Below, piece after piece: positions 31,784 through 41,307 of a stretch of DNA of 64,000 nucleotides. The notes beneath the pieces were generated by a model. That model saw only the letters and a list, made by a program, of their open reading frames with translations. It was not told where the DNA came from and did not search any database. The stretch spans positions 81,522-145,521 of the IMG/VR virus record IMGVR_UViG_3300023049_000574; one strand, 5' to 3'. The translations under genes and the position numbers were made by a program. Source of the DNA: a virus. Each line of letters begins with the position of its first letter. The first letter of the stretch is position 1.

Positions 31784-31863
31784 GCATCAGTATCCGAGGG
31801 GAGCTTCTAACTCCTTATCCGTAATTGGAGATGAAAATGTAGGTTCGATTCCTATCTGGTGTA
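31784..31863 (+). tRNA. Non-canonical D-armless tRNA-Arg(TCT)-like gene
   Basis: GCATCAG/CTGGTGT; GGGAG-CTTCTAA-CTCCT; GTAGG-TTCGATT-CCTAT; 8-nt linker. Confidence 0.7.
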
Positions 31864-31873
31864 CAAATTTTAT

Positions 31874-31948
31874 GGGGTGTAGCACAGGCGTAGCCTAAAT
31901 CGTTTGCAACGATTTCAGAACAACAGGGTTCGATTCCCTTACACTCCA
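31874..31948 (+). tRNA. tRNA-Ala(TGC) with aberrant D-arm
   Basis: GGGGTGT/ACACTCC with G3:U70 and A73; AATCG-TTTGCAA-CGATT; T loop TTCGATT. Confidence 0.75.
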
Positions 31949-31954
31949 CTAAAT

Positions 31955-32031
31955 GGTTCGGTAGCTTAATTGGATAAAGCAATCGGTTTCTAACCGATAG
32001 AGTGAGAGTTCGACCCTCTCCCGAATCACCA
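31955..32031 (+). tRNA. tRNA-Arg(TCT), canonical, CCA encoded
   Basis: GGTTCGG/CCGAATC, D-arm GCTT-AATTGGATA-AAGC, ATCGG-TTTCTAA-CCGAT. Confidence 0.95.
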
Positions 32032-32038
32032 AATATAT

Positions 32039-32101
32039 GGGGGTTTAGCTCAGTCTGACCGTAAGCGGCACATTTGCAATGTGCGTCACACATCGATTCG
32101 A
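32039..32101 (+). pseudogene. 3'-truncated tRNA-Ala(TGC)
   Basis: 5' half and GCACA-TTTGCAA-TGTGC intact; sequence breaks at TTCGA with no 3' T-stem or acceptor strand. Confidence 0.7.
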
Positions 32102-32696
32102 AGAAGTGTAAAAATATAGAATATGAAAATGAAACTAAAAATACTAACGTTAGATGAACTAAAAGAAAGAATTAAAACATTCGATAAAAAATATGGAAAA
32201 TATTATGAAAAAGAATAACAATAACTTAGGAGGACACCGCTACCAAGCATTGATACTCGACACCAAAGGAAACTAAAGAAATATTCTAAGAACTTCTTAG
32301 AGATGTTTAACTTTTTCCTCAATAGTCATAGGAATGGGATATTAACCTTTTCGGGAACAAATGATTTCAGTGTCGAGTATAAACAAGATGGATATGATAG
32401 TAGGTTATGTTTTAGGAAGTTTGATAATGGTGATTACCAAAACAAAGTTGTACATACTAAACACCCTAATATACTATTTAGTGTAATTAAAGGAAAGAAG
32501 TCATGGGGTCTATTTGTTAATGAATGGTCAGATGGAATCGTTGAATCTAGCTTTACTATCGATGAAATTAAAACAGTATTCGATGAACAGAATATCAAAG
32601 TTCCCGATCCATTATGGAAAGACTTTTTAAACACAATTGGTAGAAAGAAAAGGATAAGAAATCAAAAATACTACAATGAGCTTATTAAAAATAGTA

Positions 32697-33491
32697 TTAT
32701 TTCCAATACTTAAAACTCTTAACAGTCATTTCTGATCCGTTATGAGGATGTCCCTTATTAACACTCGTACCTATAATCGGTACTAAACCACCTTTGATTC
32801 TTTCTAAAATGTTCTTATTAGTTATCTTTCTAACTAAGAAACCATCGTAATATAATTCGATTTTATCATCGTTCCATATAATAGCAAATGATACATCACG
32901 TCCAAATTCGTTTGGAATATAGTGAGTGTGTGCGCCAATATTTTTAGCGTTATCACCATAGTCTTCACCATAATGTATATTGGTCTGTGGTTTAGATTTA
33001 GTTGCTTTATTTTTTGTATAAATTTCTATAACATCTATTTCAGGTAGAACTTTATAATCCAATTCTTTTTCTGTGCCATCTGTTACGAACCATAATGGAG
33101 CATGCCAAATACCTGTGGCTGCTTTCATATTAACTATAACTTCCATAGCACCTTTAAAGTATGTTTTCTTACTAAATAAGATACCTGTTTTAAAGTCCAT
33201 TGTCTTATTGTTCTTCTTGTTTAACTTAGGGCTAAATTCTGTTGATAACCTTACACCACCTTCTACAAGGTTAGTACATGACTTATCGTTATATGATAGA
33301 TCAGCATCGTCTGAATGTGTTCCCCACCATAAAGTTTTTTGCCACTGTTTAGTTAGTTTACTGAAGTCCTCATGTACATCAAGTGTTAATCCCTTAGGAT
33401 CAAAATCTTTAACCTTACTAGAAAGTCTTCTTCCTATGTTATTTTTATATAACAAGTAATAATTATATAACTTTTCTTTTAAATTTCCCAT
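32697..33491 (-). CDS. Glycoside hydrolase family 16
   Basis: Catalytic EIDVIE (ExDxxE); W..D.I..Y.DG. Confidence 0.85.
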   Translation of the reverse strand: MGNLKEKLYNYYLLYKNNIGRRLSSKVKDFDPKGLTLDVHEDFSKLTKQWQKTLWWGTHSDDADLSYNDKSCTNLVEGGVRLSTEFSPKLNKKNNKTMDFKTGILFSKKTYFKGAMEVIVNMKAATGIWHAPLWFVTDGTEKELDYKVLPEIDVIEIYTKNKATKSKPQTNIHYGEDYGDNAKNIGAHTHYIPNEFGRDVSFAIIWNDDKIELYYDGFLVRKITNKNILERIKGGLVPIIGTSVNKGHPHNGSEMTVKSFKYWK

Positions 33492-33528
33492 ACTTTATAT
33501 ATTATTTTTTCAATTTAATATATAGCTT

Positions 33529-34101
33529 ATGAAGTATATTAAACCCTTTAATGAATCTATTAAATTCCCTGAGATTGATGATATGTATACTAGACACAAT
33601 CAGCTAAAGGTAAATAAAGATAATATTCAAGAAGAAATAAATGACATAGAACACAGACTTATTAAAACACAAGACGAATATATTAGTAAAATCGAAACTA
33701 TATTAAATAAAGTTGTAGAACATTTTAGAATGAATGTTACATCAAACAAGGGGATAATGATAATAAAAACACAAAATGATATTATACGACATGATACAAA
33801 AGAAAATGATGATGTATTCAATTTGTCTAACTTGGTTGATAATTTTAAATTTAAAACCGCTTATCCAGATAATCCAATTGAGGTAACACAAGAAGAATAT
33901 GTGTTATATGATATTTTTGTAGAAAGGTCTATTAAAGACGGAAACAACGGAAACACAAATGTATTTTATTTGATTCCTACTTATGATGAAAATGAACTTC
34001 ATCTTCATTTAACTTATATTCATGTTAAGGATTTGATGAAGTTATATGAAAGATTAGTAAAGAATATTTCAGGTAATATGTTAATGAAAATAAATAATTA
34101 A
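33529..34101 (+). CDS. MKYIKPFNE-tagged protein, single-module member of the KKLNE family
   Basis: N-terminal tag, coiled coil, L..LY..L...I C-terminal helix; TAATATATA at 33516. Confidence 0.55.
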   Translation: MKYIKPFNESIKFPEIDDMYTRHNQLKVNKDNIQEEINDIEHRLIKTQDEYISKIETILNKVVEHFRMNVTSNKGIMIIKTQNDIIRHDTKENDDVFNLSNLVDNFKFKTAYPDNPIEVTQEEYVLYDIFVERSIKDGNNGNTNVFYLIPTYDENELHLHLTYIHVKDLMKLYERLVKNISGNMLMKINN

Positions 34102-34105
34102 ACTA

Positions 34106-34399
34106 ATGAAAAATATAAAAACATTTGAATCATTTATAGACGATCAGGGTAATATCAAAGACTTCAATCATAAAACATATATTATAATTTCCAAGAAACA
34201 TATTAATAATTTATATTTATCTCAATTAGATCCACCAAGGTTTACGGGAGAGAGTAGCGCAATGAGGAAAACTTATCATTTCCCTTCATTAGATGATGCT
34301 TTAGAATATAAATCTAAACACCCTAAAAGAAATAAACATTGGAGTATACACGAATATAACCCAACTAAAACGATTAGTATGGGTAATACGGTTGGTTAA
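34106..34399 (+). CDS. MKNIKTFE-tagged small protein
   Basis: N-terminal tag. Confidence 0.55.
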   Translation: MKNIKTFESFIDDQGNIKDFNHKTYIIISKKHINNLYLSQLDPPRFTGESSAMRKTYHFPSLDDALEYKSKHPKRNKHWSIHEYNPTKTISMGNTVG

Positions 34400-35104
34400 T
34401 TAATTAGACTTTCTATAATCGATTAAGAAATCATATAATTTTCTAATATTTTCATAGCTTGTACTATTCCTAAAAGCGTTTAGATCAGTAACCATTAACT
34501 CACCGTGTAGATCAAATAACCTTTTCCAATCATCAAATACGCCTTTATATTCAGGGTTATTTTCTACAAATCTTTCAAAGTTTGGTAAATTAATAACATC
34601 ACCAATAAATATTTCAGATCGTGCTATATTACTTTGGTTTAAAGATCCATCAACTTCTATAATATTCTTAGAGTCTCGATAAGCCTTTCCGATCTCTTTA
34701 GCTGAATGTAAATTCAATAAAGCTGTTTCCATATACTTAGATAGTGGTTCAACTAAGACATCATTACCTAATGTGGGTATTATTAATTCTTCGAAATTCT
34801 CTAATGCTTTTTCGGCATTTTTAGTCTTAATCACTGTGATTAGATCTTCTCTTATCTTCTTAATAAGAGTATCAAGATTTTTTATGAACTCTTCGCTCTC
34901 ATTATCCTTCTTCCAATCTCTGAAACCATTTGGGTTATCTATAAATTCATCTTGCTTCATATTCCAATCGAAATTATGTAAATAATGATGTCCGTATTCA
35001 CCTCTTAGTGTTTTTAATACATCTTTAGGGAATGAATTAAAATCAACTAAATCCTTTGATTCTATATTATATTCGTTTATCTTTGTAATTAAATATTTAC
35101 CCAT
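34400..35104 (-). CDS. Hypothetical protein (MGKYLITKINE)
   Basis: TAATATATA upstream on the minus strand. Confidence 0.5.
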   Translation of the reverse strand: MGKYLITKINEYNIESKDLVDFNSFPKDVLKTLRGEYGHHYLHNFDWNMKQDEFIDNPNGFRDWKKDNESEEFIKNLDTLIKKIREDLITVIKTKNAEKALENFEELIIPTLGNDVLVEPLSKYMETALLNLHSAKEIGKAYRDSKNIIEVDGSLNQSNIARSEIFIGDVINLPNFERFVENNPEYKGVFDDWKRLFDLHGELMVTDLNAFRNSTSYENIRKLYDFLIDYRKSN

Positions 35105-35118
35105 ATACTATATATTAA

Positions 35119-35889
35119 ATGATAGATCAATTAATACAAGAACTTTATGATGAGGATGGTATTAATCTAGAGATCTCAGCAGGAGACAAATTAGATAATA
35201 CCATTAAGTATGTGACAGATAAATTGATTGCTCATATACCCGAAGATTCTTATACTAAAATCAATAGGAATTATATAGACATTAAAATAGAAAACAATAG
35301 TCGTTATTATAGTAACGTAAAGACAAATGAAGAATATAGAAACCAATTATTTGCAAACGTTAAGTCTGTTGAAATCCATAAATTTTACCCACAAGTAGTT
35401 AAAAATTTACTTGTATTAAATTTAATTAATGGTTATGACGAAGAAAGGAGAGAATCGTCTGTTGTGTTCCAAGATCATAAAAAGGTATTTCTCTTTTTAA
35501 TCAACAGATTTACTGAACAGGATACAGGATGTAAACATATCAATGCTTATATAAACTCTTTTTATGTGTTTGTCCAAGTACAAACATCTCCTTATTTAAG
35601 AGGAATAAACGAGTTATTTTTAAAAGAATCTAAAGATAACTTGTTGTTTTATATAGACTCTTTGTATTACAAAGAAGTAAATAAGGGTCTTATCAACCAA
35701 TTAGATAGGCTTGGGTTAAATTATAGTATAGAAGATATTGATTATATATACATCGGTGAAGGTATTCAGTTTTATGAAAAACGAAATGATGAAATTTATA
35801 TGAAGGGGTTCAATCCAAAAAAACAGGAAGAAGTAGAAAATATGATTAAAGTTAGAGAAAGGGATAGGAAAATAGATTCTCTGTTTTAA
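35119..35889 (+). CDS. Hypothetical protein, possibly degenerate PolB palm; C-terminal RDRKIDSLF
   Basis: SVEIHKFYP / YINSFY / FYIDSLY in PolB motif order. Confidence 0.3.
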   Translation: MIDQLIQELYDEDGINLEISAGDKLDNTIKYVTDKLIAHIPEDSYTKINRNYIDIKIENNSRYYSNVKTNEEYRNQLFANVKSVEIHKFYPQVVKNLLVLNLINGYDEERRESSVVFQDHKKVFLFLINRFTEQDTGCKHINAYINSFYVFVQVQTSPYLRGINELFLKESKDNLLFYIDSLYYKEVNKGLINQLDRLGLNYSIEDIDYIYIGEGIQFYEKRNDEIYMKGFNPKKQEEVENMIKVRERDRKIDSLF

Positions 35890-35899
35890 TATATACTCT

Positions 35900-36277
35900 A
35901 TGAAGTATATAAAACCAATCAATGAACATTTTGATCATCTTCCTAAAGATGAAATTATTGATAGATTAGAACGCCTTCTAACTATTGCATATATGCAATT
36001 AAGAGATGAGCTTATATATAGTAATGTTAATCAACTTTTATTAGATGAGGGGATAAAAAGCTCTGAGTTTATTAAAGTAAATGATGAAGGTTGGGCAATA
36101 GAAGGTTATTATTATACTATGAAAGAAGGTGAAGATGAACCTGCTTATCTTTATGACAGAAAAGAATTAAAACATTTTGATAAAGATATACTTGCTAAGA
36201 TACTTGAATTTCTTGGTAAAGAAGAGAAGTTTTCTCGTATCTTAAACCAAGAGATGTTTAAAAAATTAAATAAGTAA
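35900..36277 (+). CDS. MKYIKPINE-tagged module protein
   Basis: Ends EMFKKLNK; TAATATATA at 35887. Confidence 0.55.
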   Translation: MKYIKPINEHFDHLPKDEIIDRLERLLTIAYMQLRDELIYSNVNQLLLDEGIKSSEFIKVNDEGWAIEGYYYTMKEGEDEPAYLYDRKELKHFDKDILAKILEFLGKEEKFSRILNQEMFKKLNK

Positions 36278-36278
36278 A

Positions 36279-37733
36279 ATGATAAAAGATTTTAAAACCT
36301 TTAGTAAAAACGTGAAATCAGATATAGATAAAATGGATGGTTATAGATCTAAGATTTATAAACTGAAACTACAAATGGATGAAACATATAAAGAAGATAT
36401 CATAGAGGGTGTAATGCTTTTGTTGAATGTTATTAAGGATAAGTATAAGTTTGATAACTTATTTAACTTTCTAAGAGATGATATAATCAAAGATAGCACA
36501 GATATATTAGAAGCTATTAGAGAATTAGCTATATACGTTGATGACTCTTCATACGCACCTGAGAATATAAGATACATAAATGGGAATTGGTATATCGATG
36601 TTTATTTCAGAAAATATGAAGAAGGGACGTTAATATTTTCTGAAATAGAAACAGAATCATTATTTGAAATATTTGAAATATTATTACACGGACTAAGTTC
36701 TGAATTGAATTCCGAAGCAATGAAAAAATTAAATGAGTCTACTGTATTCTTCGATATAGAAAATACTATTAGTAAAATCAATGATAAGAGAAAAGAGATC
36801 AAAGACACAAAGAAGAAATTAAAACGTTTGAACACAGAAACAATAGAACTCAGTAAAAGTATAAACAAGTATAAAGAAAAAATGATCTTTCAGATAGAAG
36901 ACATTTTAATTAATGTAGTTAAAGAAGAAAATACATTAGAGGCTTATATGCGAGAAAACGACATGGAGATTTTATATGATGAGATTTTTGATGATATGGT
37001 TAAGGTAGTCCATCAAGAATATCCTGATCATGATATATTTAATCTAACTGCAGAGAATGGTTATTGGGCATTTGATGCTGAGGACGGACAAGGACATGTT
37101 GATTCAGTAATAATTAGTGATGATTTAGATACTATATCTGTTTATAAAATATTAAAGATACTTGCTACTATACCACAAGTGAGTAAGTATATAAATCAGA
37201 GCGCAATGAAGAAACTGAATGAATCTAAATTAGAAGAAGTGGGTACTATCCTTAATAATAAAAGGGAATTAGAAGTTAAGTTAAAAGACTTACAACAAGA
37301 TGTTAATAAAATAGACCAAACACTTCTTAATATAAAACTTGATCTTATGGTTAAGATAAACAACATATTCGAAAGTCTTATGTCTAAATATAATTTAACA
37401 CCTGATAAAAATGGATTTATTGTTATAGATAAAGCTCTCAAAGAAAAGGGAGTTGATATTTTAGATGAAATGGGTAATATAGAATTTAGATTTACTGATA
37501 TGGGTATTATAAGAAGTACTACATTTAATGACACACAGACAATATCTAATATAGTTCTTGAAACAAGAGATGGAGTATTAACAGATATTCAAATATCAGG
37601 GAATCCTAATATCCATAACTATAAGAGATTAGAGAATGTGGATGTGGGTGGGTTATTTAACTTATATAAATATTTACTGATCAATATAGGTGGTAAGTAT
37701 ATTAAAAAAATGAACGAAATGAACAATGATTAA
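36279..37733 (+). CDS. Three-module putative polyprotein
   Basis: AMKKLNES twice, YIKKMNE at the end. Confidence 0.55.
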   Translation: MIKDFKTFSKNVKSDIDKMDGYRSKIYKLKLQMDETYKEDIIEGVMLLLNVIKDKYKFDNLFNFLRDDIIKDSTDILEAIRELAIYVDDSSYAPENIRYINGNWYIDVYFRKYEEGTLIFSEIETESLFEIFEILLHGLSSELNSEAMKKLNESTVFFDIENTISKINDKRKEIKDTKKKLKRLNTETIELSKSINKYKEKMIFQIEDILINVVKEENTLEAYMRENDMEILYDEIFDDMVKVVHQEYPDHDIFNLTAENGYWAFDAEDGQGHVDSVIISDDLDTISVYKILKILATIPQVSKYINQSAMKKLNESKLEEVGTILNNKRELEVKLKDLQQDVNKIDQTLLNIKLDLMVKINNIFESLMSKYNLTPDKNGFIVIDKALKEKGVDILDEMGNIEFRFTDMGIIRSTTFNDTQTISNIVLETRDGVLTDIQISGNPNIHNYKRLENVDVGGLFNLYKYLLINIGGKYIKKMNEMNND

Positions 37734-38220
37734 AGATTTTAAACAGTTTTCTAAAGATTTTCAAAATGCTATTTCTAACATAGATAGAAAACAAACAGAG
37801 ATTAATAGAGAAAAAAGAGACGTAGAAACTAAGTATAAGAAAGAAATGTGTGACATCATCGATAAAATATTAGATGAGTTAAGAGAAAGATATGACTTCG
37901 ATGATCTCATTAATTACCTAGAACAGAAAAAGACCAAGGGAGACGAAAAGCTTTTAAATGAAATTAGGTATATATCATTTGAGTTCTATGGTGGATATTA
38001 TACTATGGGTACAATAACACATAATGACGAAGACTATGAACTTCTTATGTATGAAGACGAAGATAATTATAGAGAATTTGCTTTTATTGAAATGGATATT
38101 ATGCCATTATACGAATTCTTCAAAGGTCTATTGAATTATTATTCTACTATTACGAACTCCGAAGTTTTCAAAAAATTAAACGAGATGTCAAATAATATAG
38201 CATCCCATTTGGATAAGTGA
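37726..38220 (+). CDS. Single-module paralog
   Basis: Starts MIKDFKQF; near the end VFKKLNE. Confidence 0.55.
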   Translation: MIKDFKQFSKDFQNAISNIDRKQTEINREKRDVETKYKKEMCDIIDKILDELRERYDFDDLINYLEQKKTKGDEKLLNEIRYISFEFYGGYYTMGTITHNDEDYELLMYEDEDNYREFAFIEMDIMPLYEFFKGLLNYYSTITNSEVFKKLNEMSNNIASHLDK

Positions 38221-38236
38221 ATTTAATATATACTTT

Positions 38237-40771
38237 ATGAGCCGTATCAAAACACTTAGGAAATTTAAAAATTATGAAAGTCAGATAAAAACTATTGATG
38301 CCGAATTAGAAGGTAAGGATGGTTATATCAAACGAATGCTTATTAAAAGAAAAGAAGGTATTAGGGATAATATTGAACAAGATATCGTAAGATTATTACA
38401 TAGTGTTTTAGATGATAATGGAATAGAAATAGGATCAGATGATACACCTGTTATCCAATTATTGAAAGATAAGAATATTGAAACTAATTTAACAGAAATT
38501 GTTAATATTCCAATAAGACACGGGAATGAAGAAACTAACATTAATGAAATATATCTTTATCGGGGTGATTGTCTTATTATGTTCGAAGGTGAAAAATATA
38601 GGGAATTAACACATAATATAAAATTAGAAAAGATTTTAGCTATTTATAAAGCTATGATAAGTCTAATTAATAGACCTCTTTTGAAATCATTAAATGAAGA
38701 TACTACTAGTGATTATAAAAAGATTTTAACAGAACTTGAACGTGCTGATAAAAATCTTAATGACTTTCGTGAAAAACTAATTGATAGTGTAGAGAAAGTA
38801 GTAATGGGTATTATTAAAAAATATGAATTACCACTATATGCTGATGTAGCTAAGGAATTAAAAGGGAGGGGAATTGATTTAAAAATTTATATAGACGGAG
38901 AAAACGTAGATATATCATATGATATAGATGATGATTCCTTTTATATATTCGATCAAAGAGGAGCATACCATAGTTTTTTAAGTACTATGCACATAGAACA
39001 TTTAATTCAATTATATGATCAACTATTAGCATCACTTAATAAAAATGCTTTCAAGAAACTAAATGAAGGTTTAAAAGAAGACTATTTAGAATCAGAAAGG
39101 GACATAAATGTTTACAGAGCAAATTACACTAGATTACAAAAAGAACTTTCAAAAAAGTATTATGATCTAATGAATATGATTGTGAAACAATATGATATTG
39201 ATCTACAACCCGAAGCACCGATATCATTTTCTATAATAGATAAAGTAATTGAGAAAGATGAGGATAATGGTTTAATCGAATTGAAAAACAAGGAGTTAAC
39301 AGCCATAGGTGATAATCACCATAAATTCATATTAACAGATTTGAGATATTGTCCTTACGAAGAAAAATTTCAAGTAAGTAAATTATACGGAGATACACAT
39401 ATGGTTACATATCCTTCTAGTATGCAATTTGATCAACTATATCCTATATATGAATCTATTATTAAAGCTTTAAATAAAAAACCATTAGAGAAATTAAACG
39501 AAAGTAATATCAAGGAATTAGAAGAAATGTATTTGAAGAATTTACATAAAGGTGAAGGAGATCATTATGAAATACAGAAGGAAGTACAAGATTCATTAGA
39601 AAAATTATTGGATATGATCATCGATAAATATGATTTAGATCTATCAGACCAAAAAGGACTCTTAGATGAATTAGAGAAAAAGGATAAAGATAATACTCTT
39701 TTAGATTTAAGAGGAAGGTTTTTTAATATGTTCGAAACAGAACACACTTTTTATTTCGTTGATATCCTTAAAACAGAAACAGGAGGTTATTATATTAATA
39801 TAAGAAACGAAGAAGATGGTGCGATAAAAAGAACTAAAGTTAGTTTCACAGGCTTCCATTTCTTATACCCGATATATACCGCCCTCATAAGTACTATTAA
39901 TAAAGAGGCATTTAGATCGATGAACGAAAGAGTGCTTTCTAGAGAAAGTTTCCTTATTAGAGAATCTTTTATACAAGAAGTAGAAGAATATCAAAATAAA
40001 GTAAAGGAGATAGAAGGGAAGATCAGTGATATGAAAAGAAAGAAGGAAGAACTTGATGAAAAATACAAAGGTTCTAAAGATAAGATAGAGGGTCATATTG
40101 TGGATATATGTGAATACATTAAAAAAGAGTTAATTGAATTTAATCAAGACTTACATATTTATTTAGAAGATGATCAAGGAAAAATGGGAGATATTATGGC
40201 AGCTTTAGGTATATCAAGTGGTGCTTATATGTTTGTAGATCACGGAGATGTGATGTTCGATATAGAAGGTGATGATACGTATGATATAACAGAGTATAAT
40301 GTTGACAAACTTTTCGAAGTCTTAAAAATACTTATATCAATACCTAAAGTGAGTGCTTATTATAACAAAGATATGTTTAAGAAACTTAATGAGTTATATG
40401 ATAATGATGTAGCTGACACAAAAAGTGAGTATTTAATTAAAGCTAATAAGTTACTTAATGGAGTAATTACTTCATATAATTTAATAGAAGAAGGCGAAGA
40501 TAATGTATCACTAAAAGAAAAATTACAAGAAAAGGGAATTGATATTAATCTCTCTGATATCTATTTATACGATCAAGCTAGAGTCCAAGACATTATTGCT
40601 AAAAAAGCACCATCGGGTTATTCCTTTTTATTGAAATGTATTGAGTCTAAAACAGGTGATGTATTTGAAATTGAATTAGGACAAGTAGTTAGACGAAAAA
40701 CTATGGTTAGAATATTTAATACTTTATCAAAGGCTATTAATGCTTTTTTCTTGAAGCAATTAAATGCCTAA
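38237..40771 (+). CDS. Six-module putative polyprotein
   Basis: LKSLNE, FKKLNE, LEKLNE, FRSMNE, FKKLNE, LKQLNA spaced about 120-155 aa apart; TAATATATA at 38224. Confidence 0.6.
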   Translation: MSRIKTLRKFKNYESQIKTIDAELEGKDGYIKRMLIKRKEGIRDNIEQDIVRLLHSVLDDNGIEIGSDDTPVIQLLKDKNIETNLTEIVNIPIRHGNEETNINEIYLYRGDCLIMFEGEKYRELTHNIKLEKILAIYKAMISLINRPLLKSLNEDTTSDYKKILTELERADKNLNDFREKLIDSVEKVVMGIIKKYELPLYADVAKELKGRGIDLKIYIDGENVDISYDIDDDSFYIFDQRGAYHSFLSTMHIEHLIQLYDQLLASLNKNAFKKLNEGLKEDYLESERDINVYRANYTRLQKELSKKYYDLMNMIVKQYDIDLQPEAPISFSIIDKVIEKDEDNGLIELKNKELTAIGDNHHKFILTDLRYCPYEEKFQVSKLYGDTHMVTYPSSMQFDQLYPIYESIIKALNKKPLEKLNESNIKELEEMYLKNLHKGEGDHYEIQKEVQDSLEKLLDMIIDKYDLDLSDQKGLLDELEKKDKDNTLLDLRGRFFNMFETEHTFYFVDILKTETGGYYINIRNEEDGAIKRTKVSFTGFHFLYPIYTALISTINKEAFRSMNERVLSRESFLIRESFIQEVEEYQNKVKEIEGKISDMKRKKEELDEKYKGSKDKIEGHIVDICEYIKKELIEFNQDLHIYLEDDQGKMGDIMAALGISSGAYMFVDHGDVMFDIEGDDTYDITEYNVDKLFEVLKILISIPKVSAYYNKDMFKKLNELYDNDVADTKSEYLIKANKLLNGVITSYNLIEEGEDNVSLKEKLQEKGIDINLSDIYLYDQARVQDIIAKKAPSGYSFLLKCIESKTGDVFEIELGQVVRRKTMVRIFNTLSKAINAFFLKQLNA

Positions 40772-41293
40772 TTTCTTTCTTATTATTTCTTCTGCTTTTT
40801 CGTTATGTTCGATAGCTTCTTCTTCAGTCATATTAACAAATTCGACTTTTTTGACAGCACCCACTGTTCCAAAATCATCATTTTTACCTACTCTAGCAAC
40901 TCGATAACCAATTATATTTGGTACATAATTACCACCATCGTCACGACCCCAATGTTTTTGTACACTAACTATCTCGAAGATATAATGTTTCTTAGCTAAC
41001 CCACCTTTTTCTGTTAAGTTTTTAAACTTTATATACCTTCCAATGTCCTTTTTTAATTCGTGATCTTTAACAGTAAGACCTACTACATCAGTTATTTCTT
41101 TAGCGGTTTGGTGTTTATTATCATGTTTTTCGGCTTCTTCTTCCTTATCGAAATCAGGGTTATCATAATTATCTAATAGTTCTCTTTCGTGGTTTGATAA
41201 TGAATCTAAGCCCGTATCTGAGATTTTATCTAATATTGCGTTTAGTTCTGTTTGTGATAAATTAGCTTGTTCAAATGTCTTAACGTATTTCAT
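40760..41293 (-). CDS. MKYVKTFE-tagged protein with DUF6576-like motif
   Basis: LNAILDKISDTGLDSLSNHERELL. Confidence 0.6.
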   Translation of the reverse strand: MKYVKTFEQANLSQTELNAILDKISDTGLDSLSNHERELLDNYDNPDFDKEEEAEKHDNKHQTAKEITDVVGLTVKDHELKKDIGRYIKFKNLTEKGGLAKKHYIFEIVSVQKHWGRDDGGNYVPNIIGYRVARVGKNDDFGTVGAVKKVEFVNMTEEEAIEHNEKAEEIIRKKLGI

Positions 41294-41307
41294 TTTATTA
41301 TATTTTT

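Noticed and set aside
31815-32093. 92-aa minus-strand ORF
   Set aside because: Antisense to tRNA genes
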